From positions 186,001-250,000 of the forward strand of contig NW_026931249.1 of NCBI RefSeq assembly GCF_032062105.1: DNA of 64,000 bases, in the 5' to 3' direction. Under the pieces are notes generated by a model, which was given only the letters and a program-made list of their open reading frames with translations, was not told the DNA's origin and did no database searches. This document shows positions 50,121-62,370 of the stretch, one piece after another. The translations under genes were made by a program, and so were the position numbers. How positions within the stretch are numbered: the first letter of the stretch is position 1; each line of letters starts with the position of its first letter. Source of the DNA: Saccostrea cucullata (Eukaryota).

Positions 50121-53100
50121 CACCAGTGTAAATGACAGTAAAAAGTCAAAATGACTTGGTTCTGTATAACCATCATGTTAAAAAAATAAATATTATTCAA
50201 ATTGGTGTAAGCTTTGGATTACTCTCTATATTTATGAATGACCTATTCATTGATAAATCGGCTACTGCTTATAGTTAAAAAAATTATTTTCATTATTTCT
50301 TTTCAAAGAATTTTAAATAAAAAATACCTTTGTTGTAGAACGAGCATGAATATTGAGAATATGAGGGAAAATGTGATAATGTTATAAGTAAGAAGATTAG
50401 AAAGACTTGGTAAAATAAGTCAAATAGATTGTAAGCACAGCGTAAACACAAACAGAATTCATCATTTATTAACAAAAAAATCGTGGTCTTGTAGTGGGAT
50501 ACAATTTGTTAGCACAGATTCTGCATATTTTAGATAGAAAACTTAAATTCCATCCTATAATAAATAACATAACTTCTGTCTTCATAACGTTCAGCCAATA
50601 TGAATAAATTTAATGATCATATTTGTATAAATAAACCAATTTTTGTCTGTTACATAATAAACGTTGTTGACTTGCTGTCTTTACACGCAATGATTTGTAA
50701 TGTTTGACAGTTTAAGGTGATGGGAAGATTAATTACTGTATAGAATAGGGGTCAGGGGACGCTAAATTCAGGCGTTTAATGTTCTCTTTTTAAGACAAAA
50801 AATACAGAAATATAATACAAGTAATATTTCAAACCATAAATATTTATTATAATTAATTTATATATGCTTTTTATCGCAAGAATATCTTTCACAGCGACCG
50901 AAATTATATATCTTAATATTAATAAGTTCAAGGGATGACATAAAACATTTTTTTTTTTTTACAATTTACTTATTTTTAAAAAGTGATTATTTTTTTCAAT
51001 GCAGTAAATTTAATATCAAAAATATTTTAATAAAACAAGAAATAAAAGATGAATTAAAAAAAACGAATATAAAAAGTATATTAAAGATAAATAATTTGGT
51101 CATTGATTAATAAATAGTTGTAAATGGAAGGAAATTAAAATAAATAACTAAATTCGCATTAGTTAATTACATGTATATTAAAAAAAAGATTCGAGCCTCT
51201 GTTTCTGGTTAAGTTTTTTATGTCCTATTTTTCCTATATCAAACTTCTAAAGTTAGCTCAAGTTAGTTTGAAAGTAAACATTTAGATAGATATCACAAGA
51301 TTTTGAATATACACAATATATTGAACATACATCTCAAGATTTTGAAAATACATCACAAGATTTAGAACATACATCGCAAGATTATCGAATAAAGCAACGT
51401 TTCACACGCCAAACTGCTCTCTTTGGGGAAAATGCAAAATTAATGTTTATAATTAACGAGGAATTTATCAGGAAATCCTACTAGAAGTCCTTCGAAACAC
51501 TTTTCGAAAATCCTGGCAAACTTTTTTCAATACCAACTTCTTTCAGTAACAATTTATTTTTACATCCATTACTACATTTCCCTAATATCGACTTCCTGTA
51601 GTATCAAGTGGGGGCCAGCCAGCCTTTCAATGAGCATTTTAATAGTAAAATTAATGTTGGGAAAAAAGTGAGGGGGCCAGCCCCCCCCCCCCACCCCAAC
51701 TGGCCCCCTGTTGCTACATGCCTGTTATAGGTTAGTCGTGCAAGTAAAACTAACTCGTACTTTACTTTTTCTTGTAATTTTCTTTAAAATGGATACATGT
51801 ATATAGGATGTTGGTTTATCATGTTTTTCATTAAAAAAAATCTAATCGGAATCACATCTCGGAATACTTGTCACATTCTGAATTTCTTTTTTCTTTTCAT
51901 CGTTTGATTGACACGTCTAACAAATAATGTAAAAAATTTCATTAAAAAAATCTATGACACTTTGTATCATCAAAAATTTTCCATTGCCTCAGTTCATTTT
52001 TCATCGTTGAGGATTTACTAATTGCCATTTTGCCAGTTAGAAGTATCAAAACAAAGACTTAATGAACGTTGGATAGTTTGTTTTCGAAGTGAAATAGTAT
52101 AATATATTTTTCTAAAACCAACACGAAGTGATTGATTTTTTTTTAGATTATGTACATTTGTATTGGTACAATCATTTTTTCCCTTTTCAACAAAAGTCAA
52201 ATGGAGATACTATGCCATGAAGAAACTTGAATTAATAAAATAAAATGTTCAAAGAGTACATCCATCATGGCCATTTATTATGTAATTTTTTTTGTAAATG
52301 AAAATCTACTTGGAGGGGCACGCCAATCCCAATTGAAAATGAAATTGCTTTCTAGTAATTTTCACAATGCTTTTTAAAATCTATATATGTAATTATGTAT
52401 CTCTATTCGCTCAATCGTGTTCAGAAACTCAATTTACTTATTTTTTTTTAGCCTTGGCTCCTAAGGTCACCTGCACATACTTGGTGTCATTCTTTGACAG
52501 ATTAACATCAGCAATTAATCAGGTTCACGGATTGACCTCCGTTGTAATAATTATTTATATGCGGTTTTATTTCCTATAACGGTAAATACTTGTTCCGATA
52601 ATAAATTTCTTGACAGATTTGACTGTTCGACAGATGCATGTGCAAAGGTGTTTGCATTACATAACTGGCCTGCATATATAGAACTATTCGTCGAGACCTT
52701 TCAGTATATGACACATATAGCACTTACATAATCTTTTTATGATTATTGTAACCATCTAAGTTTATTTTTGATATATTATGAAACATAGTAAAGTCACAAT
52801 ACTGGAGAGAAAAATCAAGCATATGTAATATACTTGTGCATTTCTTTAAACTGAAGTTATTTAATTTTTAATGTATCACAAGGTTTCTTAGAATAACCAT
52901 TGTCCTTTATTTTTTGCCACATCATGTAATGTAATAAGCAGAGCCACGCTTTAGCATTATTACTGTACAGAAAAGGGTAATAACTATTTTCTGGTGAATA
53001 TCGATTCATAAATCGCACTCTGGTACATCAAACTCTGTAACTGGTTTTAGTTTAACAAGCTTTCAAAAATATTCATTTTTAAAAATGTTTCAAATAATTT

Positions 53101-53534
53101 ATTAAATAAATAAAACAGAATATACATAACATCAAAAAGGGGTTTCGAATAATAAAAAGAAGCCATCTTTTGTATTCTCGTCCAGAGTTCTCGCAGAAGT
53201 CTCGGCTGTTTGGAGATTTCTTGTGGACAGCTTCACTTTGCTTACCTGTATAGAGTAAATGTATAGTGTAACGTCTATCAATAAAAGAAAAAAAATATAG
53301 TCATAGAGAAAAATGTACCATGATCTTGAATTAGCCTGAAAGAAAAATAACTACTTGGAAAGAAAAGTAACTACTTGGTCATTTAAAATAGAATAACCGT
53401 ATATACGCGCCTATAAGTCGTTTTTAGTCAATATTTGGTCCAAAACGCTATGTCCGACTTATAGGCGAGTCATAAAAAAAGATTTTTTTTTGTCGAAAAT
53501 ACAAGCTTTAAACGATTTCCACTTACCAAATAAT

Positions 53535-54728
53535 TTAATATCCAGAGCCGATACGTCTGATAGGTCTCATTGGCATATTCTTAGGATAATTAGAAATTCT
53601 ACGATAAGGTCTTTGTAAGAATGAGACCGGACTTCGGATTCCATAACTAATGTGTGGTCTTTTGATGGGTAAAATGCTGGGTCGCCTATTCTTGAATATT
53701 GGACCCCCCTTTCTATAACGGAGTGGATACGATTTGCCGAATTTTGGTCCATGTCCAAGAGATCTTCTTTTACCGAATCCCTTTCCAATACCACCTCCGA
53801 TTCCTAAACCACCTCCAATGTGTTTTCTGCCGCCGCCGAATCTTAATCCACCTCTGATACCCTTTCCTCCTCCAATACCAATACCACTACCAATGCCTTT
53901 TCCAAATCCTATTCCCCGTCCTCCAGATCCCCACTTTTTGCCACCTCCAATTCCTTTTCCAAATCCACCACCAAGTCCAAAGTCTCTGTCTTTACCCAAA
54001 GCAGGACCTAAGGATCCGCCAATATTTCCTCCACCGATTCCTACATCAAATCCGTTATCCCGTCCGAAACCAGCACCACCAACAAAAGAGCCACCGTCGA
54101 TGCCTCTGCCTAAACCGATTCCTCCGTCAATTCCTCCTATGTCACCACCTCTTCCGCCATCGAATCCCCCAATTATACCGTCTTTTCCTCCAAACGATGG
54201 TCTACCTATAATTCCTCCCTTTCCGCCAAGACCCGGAGCTCCTCCTCCAATAAAGGATCCATCCACACCAGAGTTCACATCGAAACCAGCATCGAAACCA
54301 CCGCCAATGTCACCTCCAAGACCGGAATCCAGACCGCCACCGACTCCGATATTGGAGTCCAAACTCAGTCCTCTTGTGGCTAACGCAACACCGCCCAAGT
54401 CGTTCTGGAATCCATTGTCGAATCCAGTATCAACCAGTCCGACGTCTGTATTGAATCCAGAGTTTAAGTCGTTCACAACGCCTCCGTCAAATCCAAACTC
54501 CAATCTTGGCTCAACAAAACTGTTGAGATCGTTCCCGAACCCGACATTTGCGTTCTGTTCGAACCCGACAGGGTTGATGGAACCTCTTCCAGCGCCCCCT
54601 ACATCCAGGCGCCCACCGTTCCTTCTGTAGGCATCACACCCGAGGGGTCCCGGGTCTCCGGGCTCACACGGTAGGATGTGAAGTCCATAGCAGAAGGAAG
54701 CGCTCAGGAGAACCAGAAAAGCCTGCAT
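53535..54728 (-). CDS. Secreted Gly-rich protein (397 aa), acidic N-part and basic C-part, shematrin/Gly-rich matrix-like
   Basis: Signal peptide MQAFLVLLSASFCYG; acceptor at 54730; donor at 55017/55016; TATA at 55066-55074; 3'UTR intron 53526-53246; AATAAA at ~53098-53103; ends RRIGSGY. Confidence 0.92.
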   Translation of the reverse strand: MQAFLVLLSASFCYGLHILPCEPGDPGPLGCDAYRRNGGRLDVGGAGRGSINPVGFEQNANVGFGNDLNSFVEPRLEFGFDGGVVNDLNSGFNTDVGLVDTGFDNGFQNDLGGVALATRGLSLDSNIGVGGGLDSGLGGDIGGGFDAGFDVNSGVDGSFIGGGAPGLGGKGGIIGRPSFGGKDGIIGGFDGGRGGDIGGIDGGIGLGRGIDGGSFVGGAGFGRDNGFDVGIGGGNIGGSLGPALGKDRDFGLGGGFGKGIGGGKKWGSGGRGIGFGKGIGSGIGIGGGKGIRGGLRFGGGRKHIGGGLGIGGGIGKGFGKRRSLGHGPKFGKSYPLRYRKGGPIFKNRRPSILPIKRPHISYGIRSPVSFLQRPYRRISNYPKNMPMRPIRRIGSGY

Positions 54729-55418
54729 CCTGGAATGAGATTAAAAATCAACTCTGAAAAAAATTGGAAAATACGACCATTCAAGATTTTTTTTTTTTGG
54801 CTAAAAGCAGAATGATGTCGTTGTTAATTTCAAACGAAAAAAAAAATTCTGTGTGCTTGTTAATTCCCCCGATAATTAAGATAAATACACAATTACTATC
54901 CTTGAAGTTACGATTTGTACAAAAAATGATGTTGTTGTTAATTAATATTTTTTGCACAATTAATTAACGAGTCCTTAGATCTGATAGAACAGATGATATA
55001 TGTTCCCCTATCTTACCTTGTCCGTTTAACTTACTCCGGTCTGGGGACTGAGATTGGGAAACTTCTTTTATATACTTGTCAGGTGCAAATTGTCCGGAAA
55101 TTGTTGCGCCGATCAATCCTTCCGTTAATTCTGATTCATCACAGCAGTAACCATATTGTTATAAACGCTGATAACTCATATAACTATTATGTATTTAACC
55201 AAATGCTATATTTCTAGGTAGATGTGGACATTAATTATGCCAAGATGGACAATTAATTGGATATAATCCCTAGGAAGTATTGACATTATTATGGGGGTTT
55301 GCGGTAGTTTAACGACTCACTGTGACATAATAAACGCATATAGCTCTGTGTGTTTTATACGCTGCATCTGTCATTAGTATATAGAGATTAAAAACGGACA
55401 GGACTTTTAAAATAGTTG

Positions 55419-55450
<32 letters not shown>

Positions 55451-55923
55451 GGAATACAAACTGAATATTGAATCTTGCAAAATGTTGAATACTTCCCCTC
55501 CGCCCTATCTTTAGTTCTTATTTAAAATTGTGTAATACAATGCTGTTTTCACAATTTGGTTTTTTTTTTTTATTTATATGTTAATGTAAATTATATCAAT
55601 TATTGACTTTCTGTTTTATTTTTTATCGTTTTCAAATAAAAAGCTCACTTTTAATGATAATTATTTCTACAAAAAGAAATGTTTTTATTGAAATAATAAA
55701 ATGGTAAAATTATTGTTTTCTGAAGATTTAATATTAAGGTGAAAAATTGACTAAGTAAGGTGTAACAAACTATTGAAGAGCTATACCCATGATACCGGGT
55801 ATTTAGATGTTGCATCGAGTCGAGTCTCTAACTAGTGACCTTTTTAAACTTCCAGTACTGAGATTGTTGTCAACAAACAAGTCGCATTGACATTCACTTC
55901 TTTCTGTACCTTTGCATGCCGGA

Positions 55924-58900
55924 ATGGCAGGGGCAAAGCTTGTTTCAGTTGAATACGAAATATTTGGCAAAGTTCAAGGTAAGACTTTATGTTAATAGTC
56001 GGAAAACAATTGTGTTTAATGTTTTTCCAGTTCAGTCCGAATTATCTCCTTACAGGGCCCATCGTTTTCTGAATTTTGCTGCATGCAAAATAAAACATTA
56101 CAGAAGCAAGGCTAATACAAGTACACATAAATTAACCAAATCAGTGATTACAAGGTTGTAAGAGTTGCTTCAAGGAAGAAAAATAAAAACTGTGTGTAGC
56201 CACCGGGGGGTGGGGGTTGGTGGGGAGCGGAACATCTGACAACTTTAAGACTTGTCATACCCTTGAAATTGAATAAGGGATTTTCTAAATGAAATGTCTA
56301 GATACATACAGGTCCAATTGACAATAATTGATGTCAGACTATATACAATTGTACAAGTATAATGCTGTAGTATGGAAGTGATTTAACAAGCATTGAAAAT
56401 CAATAATTACATATACATATACATTATGTATAATAAATGGCTGGACAGGGAATCAAATGAAAGCCCCCGCATTACTAGTCAGGTCCTCTTACATTTTGTT
56501 CAGTCTTAAATTATATCACTGAATATCACAGAACTTATCAATGAAAAACTAATTATTAAAGAATATAGTCATATAACCAGTTTTACCACAATTTACAGTT
56601 TTTGCAGGTCTTTTTCAAAAGGATTTTAAAAAAATTCTTCTATAAAAAATTAATGACTTTCAATAACAAAAAGGGTCATATTTAATGAGGAATTTTCTAC
56701 AATCAGCAGGCAATCAACTGAATCAAGGAACAGTTGCTGCACAGCTCTGAATTCCACTGTGGAATATGGAGACCAGTCATTTCATGAAATTGTATAAACC
56801 AAGGTCCCTTCACTGAAATGTTTTATATGTTTATGCCCATTTTATAGTTTCTATATGAATAAATTTGTATGATGGATCAAAGTAGTAAAATTTAGTGAAA
56901 AGTAAGAGGAGTTCACAAGGACATTATTCAAGTTCAATTTTAAAGTTTGCAGTAAATGATTGTTTACAATGTTTGACATTTAAGTAAATATTTCCTTTGT
57001 TTCATTGTAATTTAAAAATATTTAACATCACTCATGATCATAATATAGATCAAGTGAATTCTGAACTTATATTTGTACTTTGTTTTCTTGAATGCTGCTT
57101 TATCAATTACTATGATCTCAAAATAGTTTTGAAGTCCCAGCTATACTTTTTCCTTAAATCTCAGTATCTTGATTAATCAGGTATCTTGAAGATTTTTCCA
57201 TCAAGTATAAAAAAGGTATATTTACATCCGCTGATTATTTTCTCCTTTATTTCTTAAGAAAACCCATTGCGGTTATCACTGCATGAACTACAGTCGGCAT
57301 GTCGCCAGTACAGATTTCTTGATCAGTGGCTGTTCCATCAATGAAACGTATAAAGACGTTCGCTTCATTAATACAATAATTAATCTTTTTAATCCTACTT
57401 TAAATGATTATTTAAACAGATATAAATATAAACAATAAAATGTCTTTCTTTGTTTGTTATTACTGGAATGAACGGGCGCAGCTATTGCAGAAAAAATTAA
57501 CATAACCCGCTTAAGCGGGTTATGTATCTTTTCTGCAACAGCTGCTTCCGTTCATTCCAGTAACAACAAACAAAGAAAGCATTTTATTGTTTAATTGATC
57601 ACAGGGGCATCTTCTACGCTCTTTTCTCTACTCCCATTTAAAAATACACCTTGTATTTTTTATTTCTAAAATGTATTCACCTTGTGTATTGGATAAGATG
57701 CCCTGTGGTTTGATCTGACTTATTAACAATATTTCAGTGCCTTTTGGCTATCCTCATTGTCTTGTCTTCTTATTCATGCACATGTACATGTTAATTTATG
57801 TACATGATATTTATTTAATATATTAATGAAGTGCACTATATATTATGATTGTGCAAATAAGTTGAAGAGGAATATTGCACAAATTTTGAGTGCACGAATA
57901 ATGCACGTTCACCAAAAAACTGCAATAATATTTTTTGTCATACATGAATTTAAAAAAAAAAGTTTTATGTTGCACTAACCTGAAAAAATGGAAATGCAGT
58001 TCATAGACATTTGCAACATGCATTTCTTACAATGTAGCTTTTATGTAGCATTAATTATCATTAAAATTAAGAATTATTAAAAAAAAAATATTAAATAAAG
58101 ATAGAGGACTCTTCTTGCTTAGATAATTTTGAAATGTTCATTAATACATATTTTAATTTTACTAATAGGAAATGCTTCTTTAATAAGAACAGGTGTTAAT
58201 TACAAAACTATAATGATTGAATAATCCATACATGCATAATGCCGTTTTAGTACATATTCATCAGTCTGATTACAATTAATTGTCTTTGCATGTTTCTAAT
58301 GAAGGCATATTTTGGGAAACTTTCTCATTAATTCACGGTCAGCCTAATTTGTTTTCCTTTATTAATATGCATGTTGGCCACTAGTGATCATAACCCTGAC
58401 CCTCATAACCAGGATAAATGGTTATTTTATTTTATCCTTGGCTTTAAATTCATTGATCTCCGCCAAAATAACTGTCTTTTCATTACTTTGTTTCTTTTTG
58501 AGTTTTCTAGCTTTTCATCAGCTGATCACTGTAAGAAATGTTTTCTAAATGTTATCAAGTTTCATTTGTTATACACTGAACCTGTACATTTCAGTAGAAA
58601 ATTTGATTAGACATCTTTAATTTAAGGAAAAAAAAAAATCACATTTTTTTCAATTCAGAAAAAAATCTTGTTCATTAATTAAAAGGAGTGCAATTATACT
58701 TCTTCATGTAGCATAAACAGTTACAAGAGTCTTAGATATGTCAAAATATAAATCTATTTAAATAAAAACCCACACAGTTATTAAGCAACAGCAAGATACT
58801 TTATTTCAGAAATAAATTCTAGGCTTCTGTAAAATATTTGATGAATCTATAACAACTTTGAAAGAATTGAATATTTTTATTTTCAGGTGTATTCTTTAGA

Positions 58901-60628
58901 AAGGTAAGATATGAAAATTTTTATATTTTCATCTTTATTCCTTAATGAAAGTAGTTTGCCTTTTCCCCAATTAAAAATAAAAAAAAAAAAACTATCGAGC
59001 TTTAGAAGATTTATAAAATCAGTAAGGCTAATCTTATAGTTAATATTTTCCAACTTTTAAATTGGTTAATATGTAAAACATCAAAAGAAGTTTTCGTACA
59101 TTGCACTTGCATGCCATGGTTACCGTAAAAAGACACGGGACAAAATTGTGATTTGCTGAAAATCAAAAGTATAAAAGATTAAAACACACGATATTAAAAG
59201 ATAGATTTGTGGCAAGCAAAGTTTTTACTAATAACGATTTTATAACATCCAACTGAAAGGCTCTAGCAATGCTTAATATTTTATCCAATATTAAAAAAAA
59301 TCAACTTCAAATTCAATTTGTGCCATGGGAACCTTTAAATTTGTTTAATAGCCATGTTTATCCATGCACTACCAGAAAAATATATATCAATTTTTGTCTG
59401 CAAAAAATTAATCTTTATAAAAAGTATAAAAGAAGGAGATATTTTATAGATCAATAAGCATTTCACTTTAACTCTACATTAAGTGTCAATAAAATAATTT
59501 TATGTTCTTTCTGTATATTTGAGAAACATTTGAATTTGATGGTGCAAAAAAAAAATAATCAGATGTCTGCATTTAATATATGCCTTTATCCCCAATTAAT
59601 CAGCACACCCAGAAGACGGCCAAGTCCCTAGGGTTAGTTGGCTGGGTCAGGAACACGAGCCACAAAACGGTAGAGGGTGAAGTCCAGGGGGCCGAGGACA
59701 AAGTCAAACAGATGTAAGTTATAATGATCATGGTACTTAATTTAGTTGTAATAATGATACATTTTATTTAAATCTAAGAAAAGTATATTCATTAATGTTT
59801 TACATTAAGTGGTACATAAATGAAATCATCATGCCCTTTTGAAAAAAAAAGACTTGCAAATGAAAACCTGCAAATGTATTTACTCTAGATATAAGGCTTT
59901 ATATTATACTTTCATGTAAATTACTTGAATCTGATTCATCGAGAAACATTTGATAAAAAACACTACTACCCGATGAATAATGAAGCCACGCCCTCCTGCG
60001 TAGAAACAGTCAACAATGCTTGACGACGGGTGGTATTACAAAAATAGTGACTGCGCGGAATTTATGCGCGCACGGTTCACTGTAATATGTATTTGTATAA
60101 AACATTCAGTATAATATAATAAATATTGCATGTAGTTGAGTATAACATTGAAAATTTTCACCCCTCGAAAACCATTGTCAACCTAGGCAAAAAATTTTCA
60201 ATATTACACTCAACTACATGCAATATTTATATAATATACCCCCCCCCCCCCCAAATAATAATAGTAATAAAAAAACATGAACATCATTAAAGTTCCTTAT
60301 CAGACACGCTTCCTTCTAATATTGTTTAAGTTTGTTTATTTCTTTATTTAGTTCAAGATAAATATTTGTGACAACTACATGTACATTTACTAAGTCAGTT
60401 TCTACTTTTTGATGGAGTGATAAGAATGACACGGTTGACCGTTATCATCCACTGCTTAATATTAAATTCAAATTATAAATTAATTTATTATCAAATTTTG
60501 ATTTGTTTTCTAGGAAAATCTGGTTACAAACAAAAGGAAGCCCAAGTTCCAGAATTGACCGTGCTGTGTTCAAAAATGAAAAGACAATTCCATCAGTGAA
60601 ATATCAGGATTTTTCAGTCAGACACTAG
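55924..60628 (+). CDS. ACYP: Acylphosphatase, 98 aa; exons 55924-55978, 58887-58903, 59604-59713, 60514-60628
   Basis: Spliced product [98 protein letters not shown]; both signatures (GKVQGVFFR, GWVRN) present; all introns are GT-AG and phase-consistent. Confidence 0.95.
57422..57595. mobile_element. Long hairpin element, probable non-autonomous Crypton-type
   Basis: ~80-bp imperfect arms centred on aacccgcttaagcgggtt. Confidence 0.65.
57599..57708. mobile_element. Small MITE-like element
   Basis: cacaggggcatctt at the left end and aagatgccctgtg at the right end. Confidence 0.45.
60119..60230. mobile_element. Hairpin element, probable non-autonomous Crypton-type
   Basis: 40-bp arms at 60119-60158 and 60191-60230. 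Confidence 0.6.
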
Positions 60629-60956
60629 CAATGTTTTTAGCACAGGAGGTCGCATGGTTATCAATTTCTCTAAATTTTTAGTAAATAGAAAATTTATGTC
60701 AAACCTTTTATAACAATACGTGTATTTTTAAAGGCATGACATATTTTTTTTTTATTTTGGTAAATTGATACGGTTGCGATCTCCTGTGTTTTTTGGTAAA
60801 CATTGTATTTCACAAATAGAAATGCTTTTAAATTATGAATTTTGATATATTTTATAATTGGTTGATGGTGTTGATAGATGGCCAGTTGTGAATTTATTTA
60901 ATTTTCAAATTTGAATTATTATTTTTATTTGTTTTAATCTTATCAAGTGTTGAAGA

Positions 60957-61040
60957 TTTATCCGAGATTCCTCTGACTCTAACCCCTGCTTTTACATTGT
61001 GACTTGTGCAGGGGTAAGAGTCAGAGGAATCTCGGATTAG
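60957..61040. mobile_element. Hairpin MITE with 7-8-bp target-site duplication
   Basis: atccgagattcctctgactctaacccctgc / gcaggggtaagagtcagaggaatctcggat; flanked by ttgaaga on both sides. Confidence 0.75.
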
Positions 61041-61289
61041 TTGAAGATATAAAGAGAAGGAATTGCATCTTAATTAATTCAAAGACAAAAATACAGAGGA
61101 AAAATTGTGTAGACATCTCTGTACATCAAATGAGTGTGCCTCTGTAATAGATATCTATAAACATTAAATTTATATATTTAAATCAATATAGAATGGACTA
61201 TTTCTGAAGATTGAAATTTATTTATATTTCATGTTCGAAAAGATATTTAGTACTTGTATACTATTGTTGTATATGAGGGAAAAAGAAGG

Positions 61290-62370
61290 ATATGGAGATA
61301 ACGAACAAAATTCAATATCAAAGTCCATAAAACAATACAAAATAGAAGTAGAGCAAACACGGACCTCCAGAGGTGTGGGATCAGGTGCCATGGAGGAGTG
61401 AGGATCCCCTGCTGACCGGTCACACCCGCTGTGTGCTCCTTGTCATGATCGAGAAATAACGAAAAATCCGTCGTCAATTCACTGTGTAAAAAAGCCGTGC
61501 ACTATTTTGGCATAGTATGTTTACGCTATATAAATCTTTAGACCACTATGCGAGAATAGTAGTGTATGGGTTATATAGAGACAAACTGACAGGAAGCTGA
61601 ATAATTCAGTGTATAAATAATGGACTAACAAATAGTATGAAAAACGCCAGTCAGCATTTGACTCAATGATAGATTGTATTTGCTGACAAGGTCATTGTAT
61701 CGACCATAGAACTTACGAAATGATGACTTTAAACGTGACTGTTGATATTCTTGTTTCATCAACTTGCTTGTCAATAATTTACCTCGTTTAAGAAATTGTT
61801 CATACGTAGAACATGCTCTTGTATATCGAATCAACTGAGATATATATACTCTGTATGCAGGTGATGAATGTATATTGCTGCATAAGTAAGAGAAGTTAAC
61901 GATAGAAAAGTTTAAGTCATCACGTTTATCATAAAGCTTAGTTGTTAGATAACCATTAACGTCTTTTTCAAGTAAAATATCCAAGTATGAAACAGATGTG
62001 TCAGACTCTGTGGTATCTTTTATCTCAAGCTCACCAGGATATATCGTATCAACGTAGGAATGGAAATTACCATTGTTAATTGACAATACGTCCTCGATAT
62101 TTCTAAATGTCGAGTTGAAGGCCACACCAAGTGTTTTCTAAGATTTTGCACAAATTCTGCTTCATATGAATATAAAAGTAGACCTGCTTATAACGGAGCG
62201 CAATTGGTACCCATGGGAATTCCAATAGATTGTTTGAATACCTGGTCTCCAAAAACCATAGAGATATTGTCAATCAGACACTCAAGCATCTTTTTTAAGT
62301 CAACTTCAGAGTACTTGTGTGTGCTATCATGCAGAATGTGTTTTAACAAAATAATTTTGCAAATGACCAA
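61290..62370 (-). mobile_element. 5'-truncated degenerate Penelope-like retroelement reverse transcriptase
   Basis: Motifs GIPMGTNCAPL, FRNIEDVLSINN (YIDD mutated), SYLDI, KLYDKRDD and YISQLIRY; frameshifts between the ORF pieces. Confidence 0.85.

Noticed and set aside
53396-53472. Short inverted repeat in a 3'UTR intron as a regulatory hairpin
   Set aside because: More simply a truncated MITE end (cgcctataagtcg/cgacttataggcg).
53734-54630. 298-aa Pro-rich ORF on the + strand
   Set aside because: Antisense shadow of Gly (GGN) codons; no signal peptide or gene signals.
61625-62125. Active reverse transcriptase gene
   Set aside because: Catalytic YxDD is mutated to NIED; the copy is frameshifted and truncated.
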